A stretch of DNA of 64,000 nucleotides, from contig JAQGDQ010000801.1 in the NCBI GenBank assembly GCA_030141605.1, positions 1 to 64,000 of the forward strand, in the 5' to 3' direction. The notes beneath the pieces are model-generated. The model was not told the DNA's origin. It saw only the letters and a program-made list of their open reading frames with translations, and made no database searches. This document shows, piece after piece, positions 1 to 12,814 of this stretch (positions within the stretch are counted from its first letter, which is position 1; each line of letters starts with the position of its first letter). A program made the translations under genes and the position numbers. The stretch is from Tubiluchus corallicola. Its lineage: Eukaryota > Animalia > Priapulida.

Positions 1-70
1 GTACAAAGCTCTTAATAAGACAAACGCCTCTTTGTTAATCTATGTGATCAAACGTATTGAACACTTGCAG

Positions 71-288
71 ATAGTTGGAACAGCAATATTAGCCATTGCT
101 GTATTGGCTATAACTGATAAAAGAAATATGGATGTTGCCAAAGGCCTTATTCCAGTGGCAGTAGGTGGCGTAGTTTTGGGCATTGGTCTAGTTCTTGGCT
201 TCAACTGTGGTTATGCAATAAATCCAGCACGTGATCTTAGTCCAAGAGTTTTTACGGCCATGGCTGGATGGGGCAAAGAAGTATTCAG
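71..288 (+). CDS. Aquaglyceroporin (AQP3/7/9/10 family) internal coding exon, equivalent to exon 5 (TM4-TM5-loop E with second NPA); opposite strand to exons 1-3
   Basis: Flanked by ttgcag| and |gtaagt. 218 nt, reading IVGTAILAIAVLAITDKRNMDVAKGLIPVAVGGVVLGIGLVLGFNCGYAINPARDLSPRVFTAMAGWGKEVF(R). NPARD is the aquaglyceroporin signature. 218 nt is the size I recall for exon 5 of vertebrate AQP3-type genes. Confidence 0.93.
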
Positions 289-1065
289 GTAAGTGGAAAA
301 ATATAGTTTACTTGTTAATCGCTTGGTGTGTAGGTAAAGGTCTAGAAATGCTCAGTGGGTTGTTTATCTGTGGTGCTGTATCATTTAAATATCTTTTTTG
401 ATCATAAACTTGGGCAACTGTTACGTTTTTGATTTCTTCCATTAGCATCAGCTGCCATGAATTTTTGATTTCTATTTATTATATGAGTCTTTATTTGGTC
501 AGCCTGTTTTACACGTCCATAAGCCGTTTGGTCCTTCTTTTGTGTATGTTACTCTAAGGTCATTTTATGCAATAGCAAATTATTTATTGAGAACTATTAC
601 TAATTATGCAATTGCTGTAAAGCAAACTTTGTTTCGCTGTTACTGTTACTGTTGTTGCTGTTGTTGTTGTTGTTGTTGTTGTTGTTTGTCTCAGTTAAAC
701 CATTTATTTGTCAAGAGTAGTAGAGACATGATGTAAGTTTATTCAGTCTCACTTTATTATTAATTTCTTTGTTTCTTTTTTGGCTCAAATTAGTTTGTTA
801 TATTTTGTTATGATTTTTCTTACAGATAAAACGCAATAAAGCTACTAAAACAAGAATTTTTTTGACTTTGGGCATCACGAAGTAGTAGTCTCTCACACGC
901 ATGCTGTGCACTGCTATGCTATGTTTCACTGCCATGTGTGTTTTGTTCTTTCCTATAGGACAGGTAGCTGTGTTAACCTAGAGTCCTAGACCTATGTATG
1001 CTTGATTTCAATGTCAATAAAGTAATCATAATTGTACATAACTGTTTCACTTTTGATGAGCTTAC

Positions 1066-1203
1066 CATAATAAACGCCATAAACAACGGCTGCTGCAGCG
1101 AGTCCTCCAAGATATTGGCTTAACCAGTAGATGCACATTTTGTACGGTGGAAGTCGCCCCAGGATGGCCATGGCTCCCGTTATGGCAGGATTGATATGTC
1201 CAC
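1066..1203 (-). CDS. Aquaglyceroporin coding exon 3 (first NPA box, TM3)
   Basis: Minus-strand ttttaag| and |gtaag. 138 nt, phase 1-1, reading (G)GHINPAITGAMAILGRLPPYKMCIYWLSQYLGGLAAAAVVYGVYY. Not in the ORF track. Confidence 0.93.
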
Positions 1204-1487
1204 CTTAAAAATCAGTCACTATGATCACAATTTTAAACACTGCAACAATTTATAGCAAACATAACTTGTGTATTGAGAACCCTGTTTTCATTTAAGCTAT
1301 ATGGGGTGGAAAAAACTTTTGTGAAGATCCTGGAGTACCATTTAGAAAAAAATTATGTCACTCTTTTGATGTGGGATATCAATACCATGTTCCCCCAAAA
1401 TACTCTCACATTACTATGAACTATGAATTTATTTTCAAACATCAAAATACAATATCATACACATTAATAAACTTTAAATAAAATGAC

Positions 1488-2172
1488 TTGAGTAGTGCGA
1501 GGTGAGTGTACGACCATACGGTCATTAACACACTCACCTTACTTAAATGAAAAAATGGTTATAGTTATGCGTGCTTCTGTAGATAACTTAACGTAAATAA
1601 GGATGAAGTAAATGGTGTAATAATTTGAGTAGTGCGAGGTGAGTGTACGACCATACGGTCATTAACTCACTCACCTTGCTTAAATGAAGAAATGATTATA
1701 GTTATGCATGCTTCTGTAGATAACTTAATGTAAATAAGGATGAAGTAAATGATGTAATAATTTGAGTAGTGCGAGGTGAGTGTACGACCATACGGTCATT
1801 AACACACTCACCTTACTTAAATGAAAAAATGATTATAGTTATGCATGCTTCTGTAGATAACTTAACGTAAATAAGGATGAAGTAAATGGTGTAATAATTT
1901 GAGTAGTGCGAGGTGAGTGTACGACCATACGGTCATTAACACACTCACCTTACTTAAATGAAGAAATGATTATAGTTATGCATGCTTCTGTAGATAACTT
2001 AATGTAAATAAGGATGAAGTAAATGATGTAATAATTTGAGTAGTGCGAGGTGAGTGTACGACCATACGGTCATTAACACACTCACCTTACTTAAATGAAA
2101 AAATGATTATAGTTATGCATGCTTCTGTAGATAACTTAATGTAAATAAGGATGAAGTAAATGATGTAATAAT
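1488..2172. repeat. Tandem repeat, 137 bp x 5, in aquaglyceroporin intron 2; each unit carries a hairpin
   Basis: Units start at 1488, 1625, 1762, 1899 and 2036. Each contains the inverted repeat aggtgagtgt...acactcacct around an inner gacc-atac-ggtc stem. Confidence 0.95.
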
Positions 2173-2366
2173 AGCAATGGTATAAGAGCAATAAACCTGA
2201 AAGTTGAGAAAGGAAAACATAATATGTAATTACGATTTTGAGTGAGCCTTCAAGAGTGAATTTTTTTTTAAATTGTTACGAATATGAATTATGTGATTAT
2301 CTGTAAATGTATCACTTACTTGTATTATAATGCACCATATTGCTTACTTGTGTATACAATGATATG

Positions 2367-2476
2367 CATATATATATATATATATACCCAGATTTAAGTG
2401 GGGGAGAAGAGATTAAATTATACATTATACTTATAGTAATAACTATCTCTCTCTCTCTCTCTCTCTCAGGAATCAC

Positions 2477-2532
<56 letters not shown>
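2367..2532. repeat. (TA)n and (CT)n microsatellites
   Basis: Direct inspection. Confidence 0.9.
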
Positions 2533-2534
<2 letters not shown>

Positions 2535-3214
2535 TATATAATTTATAATTTATATAATGTAGAAGGAGCTGTCTTAGACACTTTACCTGGTTTGTTTCGG
2601 CAGTCTATAAAATGCCTAGGCATTTTATAAAATACTCGATTTCACATTTTGCCTGTAACATCTATAACTGTTTAGGAAACAACATAGGATGTTTTAGCCA
2701 TGACAACTTATACTGAAGGAGTAGCATACAGTAGGCCACAGTAATGTGAACAAACCGTCATGTTTCAAAACTTTTAACTTGTTTTTATATGACCCAGAAC
2801 AAAAAGCAAAAACGTAATGTGATGGAAAAGCTTGAAACGCAAAAAATGTTAAGAATGTTTACGCACACACAAAAATTAAAAAAAGTTGACATACGGTGCA
2901 GTAATTTTACTGGAAGGTTTCTGTGATGAAAGACCATTTTGTCTTAGCAGTGACGTTTCCTTGAACCAGAAAAAACCAGTTCAAACTAAAAGACCATGGA
3001 AAGGGCGAAATCCTCCGCCATCTTGAACACACTCGCAAAAGCTTGTTGCTGCGCTATAAATTATGATCAGATAAGCAATGAGCATGTTCAGATTTTGAAC
3101 TTATAGATTTTTCTGCTTTTCAATGTTAACGGGTTGTGTAATATTTATTGAAGAAACAAAGTTTGGATAGTCGGATTAAAAACGAATAAAAAACATTTAA
3201 AATAGTTTCCAGAC

Positions 3215-3341
3215 CTGAAACACCTCCTGATACGTACACTCCTACAGCAACTGCCACACTCCAACCTATGTTGACTGAAAGAATCTCTCCAAATTCTCCT
3301 TTGCTGAGCACAGATTGGGCAACAGCTGCATCGCCTATAAC
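3215..3341 (-). CDS. Aquaglyceroporin coding exon 2
   Basis: Minus-strand tatttag| and |gtctgg. 127 nt, reading VIGDAAVAQSVLSKGEFGEILSVNIGWSVAVAVGVYVSGGVS(G). Joins exon 3 in frame to give the MIP-family motif GGVSGGHINPA. Confidence 0.93.
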
Positions 3342-4175
3342 CTAAATATAAAGTACAAACTATACTAACTATACTGCTAATAAAAAACTTTATTAAATAA
3401 ATGGCGACTTGCTTTCTAATCTGCCCAGCTACTGCGTTGCCCAGCAACGAAGTAGCAACTTCCTATTTCCCATCTTGAATTGCTGACCTTTCGTTTTTTA
3501 AATGTCAAACATCAGTTTCTTCTTTTGATACTTGTAAGGTCATTAATCCCATTTAACAATTCGTGTAAATTTCTACTCCTCAAGTAAAAATATCTATAGT
3601 TTGACAGGTTTTCCTCCAAATCAGATAAGAAAATCAGAAAACCAATAATATCAAATAAACGCACATCACTGTACATTACTGCGTAGCGCTAACAGTAAAT
3701 AAAAAATTAACCTACTTTCTATTACATTCAATTGTTTCGTTACATCATCACATTATGCAGCTATATTCACCTCACTGTTTCAACAAGTTTTTCGCTGAGG
3801 CTGAATTATTTATTTCACCTAAATTATTTTTGGACGTTTTTGTACGAGTTTTTGGAAAATTTATATTCCTTATTTTACGAAAACTGGAAGCTGCTTGGCA
3901 TTGGCTCATCAATGGTGGATGCTGGGTGTGGTAAGCCTATCACGACTTTCGCAGTCGACATTTTATCCAACCTATATCTTCGACTTTTTTTAAAATTTTG
4001 TCTAAGCACCATCAGCACACGAAATGTTCAAATAACTTTTTCAGGGCCTTGGGATTGTTCTATGGCTCTTTGGAAAAAAGGTTTGCCTTACCAGACAAGA
4101 CTGCGTGTTCTACAATCATTGTAAAAGCTTTAAAAGCGTGTTATTAAACCTAACACTAACTATGGAAGAACTTAC

Positions 4176-4271
4176 CACTAACATAAACGTGCCTAGGAAC
4201 TCTGCCAGGCACTCCCTTCTCAGGGAGTCATGTATCCGCAACACACCCTTTAAGTTAGTCCGCCATCCCAT
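4176..4271 (-). CDS. Aquaglyceroporin coding exon 1
   Basis: ATG at 4271-4269 in an aaaATGg context. 96 nt, reading MGWRTNLKGVLRIHDSLRRECLAEFLGTFMLV, then |gtaagt. AEFLGT is the conserved TM1 motif of MIP proteins. Confidence 0.92.
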
Positions 4272-5703
4272 TTTATTTACTTTATGCACGAAATCTGCTG
4301 TCTGTGTAATTAGTAGTTGAGTTTAGTAACTTTGTTTTTTCTGCAAATTTCTGATGAGCGTAACAGCAACAAAATCCTAGACGATACTAGTGTCCACAGT
4401 CCACGCATCAGCGCTGTTAAAACGTTCGCAAAAAAATGCAATCCTGCAAGGGTGGATAGAATGTATTATGTTTGAATTTGCAACACCACCGATTTTTTTT
4501 CAGGTTTAAAATGCTAATCCTGTCTGAGGGGCATGTCTAAACCAGGGACACATTTCGTGCCACGACACTATAAATGAAAGCGAATGCCTTCTAATACCGT
4601 TTGGACACTTTTATAGTTAATGCAGAGGTATGCGATTGTTCATTTTTCTTTTCTTTGTTTTCGATAAGTTTTTTCACATACTTTTTAGCTTATTATGATT
4701 TGATACGTTTTGTTTATGGCGCCGTCCAACCCCAGTCGGAAACTGGCTGACATTGGCGTTGTGTAATTGCTACTGATGTACTAAAGTATTCGAATGATGC
4801 GGTGGCCCCGAAGCGAGTTAAAATGGAACAGATGGAAAAGCGCGCGTACTTATTAGCGCCAAAGTTTAAGGGGCATCACATTTTAGAAAAAAAATCTTAT
4901 TTTCCTCGGAAAATGTGCATACTGTACTTTCATATTCATGAGCGCATTTTATAACACACCACAGACAGTTATTGAGAACAACCTTTATAAAAATTCACAT
5001 AAGGAACAGGTGCAAGCTACTACACAACAAGCAGTTGTACAGTCTGCTTGAATATAAGTGCAATGCAAATACGTGCAATTAATGATAACGACGTAGCAAC
5101 TCGGTTAATAGTGTTTCTAATACGCCACAAACAATTACTCTATCTGCTCTTTACATAAACAACTATCAGACTGGGTCATCATACAGTGTTGATACGACCC
5201 TGTTAAAGACACTAATATAACTAAAAAGGTCGTAGGTTATTACAAAGTTTATGTTGAAAATTGGTATTCGTTCTCCAGTATTTAATTTGTTTTTGATGGT
5301 GTGACTGGTGTCAATGAAGTTACATAGTCATCTACTTTTCGGCATTAATACTGGTCCATCAGGTCTCTGTTGTGAAGGAGAAATTTCTAAGTGAGAACGA
5401 GTTTTATACAACATGTTTTTCAAACTGTTACTTCTGATTTCGTTTTTACAATTTAACAAGGAAGCAATAGAGGTTTCTTGCGATAACTCGTAAAAGAATT
5501 GTATTAATTTGAGGTTTAGAAACAATTTTCCTTCAAAAATATAAATCAACAACAAGTACTTCTGCATAGGCAGCTACCACTCTCGAACGATTCAGCATAA
5601 CGTAGTTTTTCAAGCGGGGCAGCTGCCGCGAATACTAACCAGCTAACAACATCAACAATGCCATTTATTAGAATTCACAATTCATTGAGACTTACGTAAA
5701 TAA

Positions 5704-6260
5704 CTGATTGAGTCACAGAGAATGTTACATAACAGTGAGTAACAGAGAATGTTAGGTAACAGTGAGTAACAGTGAATGTTACGTAACAGTGAGTAACACA
5801 GAATATTACATAACAGTGAGTAACAGAGAATGTTACGTAACAGTGAGTAACAGTGAATGTTAGGTAACAGTGAGTAACAGAGAATGTTACGTAGCAGTGA
5901 GTAACACAGAATGTTACGTAACAGTGAGTAACACAGAATGTTACGTAACAGTGAGTAACAGTGAATGTTACGTAACAGTGTGTAACAGTGAATGTTATGT
6001 AACAGTGAGTAACACAGAGTGTTACGTAACAGTGAGTAACAGAGAATGTTACACAACAGTGAGTAACACAGAATGTTACGTAACAGTGAGTAACAGAAAA
6101 GTTACGTAACAGTGAGTGACAGTGACTGTTACGTAACTGTGAATAACACAGAATGATACGTAACAATGAGTAACAGAGAATGTTAGGTAACAATGAGTAA
6201 CAGAGAATGTTAGGTAACAGTGAATGACAGTGAATGTTACGTAACAGTGAGTAGCAGTGA
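5704..6260. repeat. 27-bp minisatellite (cagtgagtaacagagaatgttacgtaa), about 20 copies
   Basis: Direct periodicity. Many units contain the palindrome tgttacgtaaca. Confidence 0.95.
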
Positions 6261-7404
6261 TTCTGTCAAATACTGCCGTAAGATTCTGCTTCTGTGACAG
6301 GAAATGCTTTAAATGATGCTTTAGCTAACAGCTTTTGTGTTTTAAAATGAAAAAATTAACATGTGCTGTGCTTCACATTAAAAGCTTTAATGAAAAGGGA
6401 ACTGGTTACTTACTCGTTAGCGGCCATAAGACAAAGCTCTGGAGGTCATAAATAAACTTGTGAGCGCTTTTCAATCACGTTTTAATTTACATTCAATGAA
6501 AGGCCTTTCCGGGAAAAGCTCTTTAAGGTAGAGGAATACATGTGTGCCAAAATTCAAATAATATTGATTCGTTTGTTAGTACTCGCTTGAATCATTGCAC
6601 AGAGTAGGATGTCCAGCCATATATAAGCAAGCGAGCATTTGAGACAAAAGACTTTTATTTTTTGAATAAAATATTTCTAACTGTGACTTCAACTAGTTGC
6701 AATTCCCGAAAGCCCAATTTTAATGGTAGGGTCTGTCATGACAAAGCTTTATAAAAGAACAATTCTGGCAGCACTTGTGGCTCAGATATGTGGCCCAGTC
6801 AGAATTCAGATATTTGTGACATTGGCGTAGGACTGTAAAGTTATTTATTTACTTTGATGAACTTTTGTGCTAATTATGAAAAGAATTTGCGCTATTATTT
6901 ATTCACCTGATAGATGCAACCAAGATATTGTAATTGTGAAATGCTATACGGTAAGCGGCTTGTTTGGAATGGCTAACTACTTGTCTGAAATACGAAAAAT
7001 AATTGAAAACAAGACAATTTTGTGAATGTTGATCAACCCACCATACGTATACCAACCATACGGATTTCCAGTGTATTGATTATTTTGATAGTTAAGCTAA
7101 TTTTTGTTTTAGTAACTGTTCAAAGGTTAAATTATTTTGTAGGCATGGGAACTAGCAGTGCCTTCTACAACAGTAAGATGATTTTAGATACAATGATATA
7201 TTATACGCTTGCCAACTGTCGTCTGATGTTTGTATTGACAGATTGTAACTTAGTAGCTATTCACAATGTATTTTGTCAGTCACAGAGGTAATTCATTCAG
7301 TTCTTAAAGGCTTACTGAACATATCAGCCTTGGAACATATGTGGAAATGAGAAAGTGGCTTTACATTAATTATTTTGAGTTACCTATTGCTATTATTCAT
7401 ATAG

Positions 7405-8337
<933 letters not shown>

Positions 8338-8640
8338 TAATTCAGTTTTGCTTCTTATCTTTACTTGTTTAAAATGGGTTGTAGTTCACGATACTGACCA
8401 TCCAGTTGTTTAAATGAAGTTGCAGATTTAATAATTGTACCAGCGCATTTTTATTTGTAATAGTATTGTACAATTTGTGCAGCATGACTGTTTAGGAGTT
8501 GAGTTCTTAGTAGCTTTTATAATTCTCAAGCAACCATATTACTCAAGCTAGCTAGTATTAATTCGTAAACCATAATTGATTAATTCGTTCATAAAATTTT
8601 AATTGTATATATTAACTCTGCTGGTATATATATATATATA

Positions 8641-9794
8641 AAGATTCGAGGCTACAGCCCGGACGACGGCACCATTTGCGGCGATCTATATATCAAACGA
8701 AAGGTCTCGATCTAGTGTCGTGCCATTGGGGGTTTATTTTTCGAATCGGGTCCACCTGGAAGAACGGGGGGCGAAAAACCTCCAAAAATGGCCATTTTTT
8801 GCAAAACTTATACCTCTTATTTCTGAAGAACGCGAACGGGCCGGGGGTGGTGCTATCTATGGATAAATAGCCCGCTCAGCGATGGGTGTCATAGACGTAT
8901 TTAGAATTCGCGAGAGGATCATGGCGTCCCGTAACGGGCGTTTTCCCGGACCCAACTCGCGATTTTTTCGAAATTTTGACCAAACAGCCTGCGGAAAAAA
9001 CGTTCTAGCGGCACCTGGTGGGACTCTCAGAATGAGATATATAGCTCTTTAGAAAGATTAAGAACAGGGCTACACGATGAGATTTCTATTAATTTATAAT
9101 TGCTAATCTGGCACAGTATAAAAGTCAGTATACACAAAAGAAAGTTTGGTTCCTATAGAGAAATTGCACTATAACTTGTTCATTCAAATACTCAGCCATT
9201 AATAAGTGTGTAGTACGTGTGGCTACCATATTGTATTTTTGTCTTTGTCTAAATTTTGCTCTTTACTGTAGCATTGAACAATTTCATACTCATATAACTC
9301 TTTTTTTACAGTAGTTTTTTTAAAGTTTGATCATCACCAAAGTTGAAAATTAAAAAATTTTGGAAACAAACTGAGTTTTTTATGTGATTTTCAACGCTTA
9401 TGCCTGGCCATAAAGTCTTAGCTTTTCCTCGCCTTTTTATCAAGTAGGTAACTCTCTTTGCAGAATTTCTTTTATTTCAGCATATTTGTAAAAGAATTTT
9501 GCTGAAACATACCAAAGTTGGTTAATGAATCAGTAGTAATGACATTAAACAAATCGACTGTTGTTTCGTTCAAGTTTTATAAGTATAAGATTAATGTTAT
9601 AATATTGAAAAAATTGTTTTAGTACATTTGTTAAGGGAGACTGCATTATTATAAAATTAAAGTAAAAAAAATTGAATTAAGTTATGCGGTTGTATGTAGC
9701 TGTTTTGCAAAAATTACTTTTTCCATTGTTTTTATTCAAAGTTATGGTAAACAAGAATTCCTATGCCGCCCTCGTACCTGTAGCCTCGAATCTT
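8641..9794. mobile_element. Non-autonomous TIR DNA transposon inserted in a (TA)n tract in the ELOC intron
   Basis: Perfect 17-bp terminal inverted repeats AAGATTCGAGGCTACAG / CTGTAGCCTCGAATCTT, with TA repeats on both sides. No coding capacity seen. Confidence 0.8.
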
Positions 9795-10108
9795 ATATGT
9801 ATATAAATATATATACCAGTAGAATTAATATATACGACTAGCAAAGGCCCCGCAAAAAAATTTGCGTATAAATACACTTATCATCAATAATACGCGAACA
9901 TCCTACGTAGTGTTCATTTACTTACCTAACACAAAGTCAGCAGCAGCAGCAGCTTTTACTGAATTAAAGTTGTAAGATTATAGACAGAGTATGGATGACG
10001 TCAGAACAATGGCTTTGCGTCAGCAGTTTTCCAAGCAAAAATTGCCAAAAATAGAACATCTAATTAACTCGTCGATACTCCTTTTGGTGGACGTGTCCTA
10101 AAATATAG

Positions 10109-10393
<285 letters not shown>

Positions 10394-10565
10394 AAATTTC
10401 TAGATCCTTATTCTAACTTAAGTAAAAATGCTATTCTTCTTAGATAGCAATAAATTCTCTGTTCTAATAATCGGACTCAAAAACTAAATAATTTGACTAC
10501 AGGACTACAGGATTGTCAGTGCTCCCTTTTATGAAGCTATGTGATTATTTTTCTGGTTACGCTAT

Positions 10566-11068
10566 TATAGGTTTTACATGTCAAATGTAGACCTGCGTTA
10601 ACTCAAATGTAGATTTAGGTAATTCAAATGTGTCTTGGTAACTCAAATGTAGACTTAGGTAATTCAAATGTGTTAACAATGGTTTTCAAGAAATCTTGAG
10701 CGTTTTTGGTAAGTCAAATGTAGACACATGTCAAGTCAAATGTGACATTGGTATCTCAAATGTGGATAGGTGGTAAAGTTTAAGGATGTTAAATTTAATC
10801 TTCTTTAATTTCAATTTAATAATTGCTCTTAAGTTAAAATAACAACGTTATAGGCCTACTAATAGATGCACTATCTTTGGTTTATCTTTTTCTAATTTGC
10901 ACTTAAATAACTTAATTACTGATTTATTCAAAGTATTGCATCTACATTTGACTTACCTAAGTCACATTTGAGTTACCAAAACACATTCGAAATTCCTATG
11001 TCTACATTTGACTTGCCTAAGTCACATTTGAACTTTCCTGTGTCTACATTTGACGTGTAAAACCTATA
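10566..11068. mobile_element. MITE with TATAGGTTTTACAYGTCAAATGTAGAC TIRs and ~20-bp subterminal repeats, just 3' of the ELOC stop
   Basis: Inverted termini tataggttttacatgtcaaatgtagac / gtctacatttgacgtgtaaaacctata, with repeated tcaaatgtagacttaggtaa motifs. A second copy lies at 25335-25860. Confidence 0.85.
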
Positions 11069-11571
11069 CAATTTTAGCTGAAATATTTTATTAACAGTAT
11101 CGAAAATTGGTAAATAACAACAGAATTTGATATAAAAATGGATACCAAGTTCTTCTTTATTCATTTTTTTTGTTAATGAGTTTTGTAAATAATGATTAAA
11201 TTAAATAATTGCTTAATGTGTCGTGCATGTATTTTATATGTAATAACTATTGTAAATTTTATATTACAAGCCTTTATAATACTTTTTGTAAATTTTTTCT
11301 GCACATCCATATTGTTTTTGCAAATTAATCACTCAGATATTCGTTAGTTCACTTATTCGGTGGTGCCATCTTATGGCAAAAAATTACGTAAGGCAGGTTG
11401 TTCTGTAGATTGTTACTAGTGTATTTTACTATTCCGCAGAAACAACGCTTTTGCAGCTTCACGGCTATCATGAAATTTCGTTAATCAGTTTTTTGTCGTC
11501 TCATATTCAAAGTCGAAATTCAAAATTATCTCGCATTGTTATCCGTGCATGTAGATGCCGCGTTCTAGTTG

Positions 11572-11962
11572 TGGTACGCTTCTTTTTACTAACATGGGAT
11601 CTCCACATTACAGTTAATACTGTGAAGCTATAGTCAAAAAACATAAAATGCATCACCATTGCTCGTAGTAGTTTTTGTTTCAATATGAGAAATGTGAATA
11701 AGGTACGCTGCTGTTTGTTAACATGGGATCTCCACATTACAGTTAATACCGTGAAGCTATTGTCAAAAAACATAAAATGCATCACCATTGCTTGTAGTAG
11801 TTTTTGTTTTGATATGAGAAATGTGAGTAAGGTACGCTGCTTTTTGTTAACATGAGATCTCCACATTACAGTTAATACTGTGAAGCTATTGTCAAAAAAC
11901 GTAAAATGCATCACCATTGCTTGTAGTAGTTTTTGTTTTGATATGAGAAATGTGAATAAAGT
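11572..11962. repeat. ~130-bp tandem repeat x 3
   Basis: The ggtacgct...gagaaatgtga unit starts at 11572, 11702 and 11831. Confidence 0.9.
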
Positions 11963-12682
11963 CGTTGCTGTGTTTAATTAAATACTAGTTGATATCTATT
12001 CTATGTGTGAAAGTCATGTTGAAAGTTGTAGATGAATCACTTTGTAGAAAAAGAATAAAACACTATACTACATATCTGCACAAAACTGAAAAGCGTTTAT
12101 TAGACTACATACACATATGTAGAAGGACTGCTACACTGAACACTGAGAACAAGATTGTCCTGCACTGATCACTGAGAGTTAGACAGTGACTAGAAAGTAA
12201 AACCAGCCAGTATATACAGGTATAGGTAATTATGCAAACTTGGCTTCACAAAAACCATTACTGTAAAATAGGGAGGGACCGTACAATTATACTCGGGGTG
12301 AGTTTAGCTAGTAAAATGTAAAAGGATTAGTTAATAGATGGCAGCACCTAAAAATATGCAGTTACAATTTCCACACTATGACACTGCAAATGAATCATTG
12401 TTATTTCAGCAAAAGTAATTTTAATATCATTTATACCTTAATAAGTATATCGGCAATTGGCAATCACGTGAGTGCAGACAAATAGTTGTCTCGTTTAAAA
12501 AAAGCCGAAAATATTAAAAAAACACTTTACACTTAATTCTGAAATGCCGACAGTACAGTGATACTTTTTTTATGTCGTCTTGACAGTTTTCTCAAAAGTT
12601 GCGGCAGTAATTAGGTGCGAAGTGTAAACCATTCAAGCCTTTAACAAAAAATAACTTGTTAAGAACGCATCCGCGAGAAGAC

Positions 12683-12806
12683 ACTCACTCACTCACTCAC
12701 TCACTCACTCACTCACTCACTCACTCACTCACTCACTCACTCACTCACTCACTCACTCACTCACTCACTCACTCACTCACTCACTCACTCACTCACTCAC
12801 TCACTC
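12683..12806. repeat. (ACTC)n tetranucleotide microsatellite, 3' of the adjacent minus-strand 5S-like sequence
   Basis: Direct inspection. Confidence 0.95.
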
Positions 12807-12814
12807 GTCCCACA

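Noticed and set aside
32-292. ORF-track 86-aa aquaporin ORF as a standalone gene
   Set aside because: The first 13 residues are intronic and the ORF stop lies in the splice donor. The real unit is the exon at 71-288.
289-1065. Search for aquaporin exon 4 (minus) or exon 6 (plus) between the opposed exons
   Set aside because: No GIFATYP-like or W-W-V-P-like reading frame follows any AG on either strand.
3732-4320. Plus-strand ORFs of 130 aa and 71 aa
   Set aside because: They are antisense to aquaporin exon 1/intron 1, with no recognisable motifs.
5328-7291. Short ORFs and possible decayed coding sequence flanking the 27-bp minisatellite
   Set aside because: No recognisable protein motif and no consistent splice structure.
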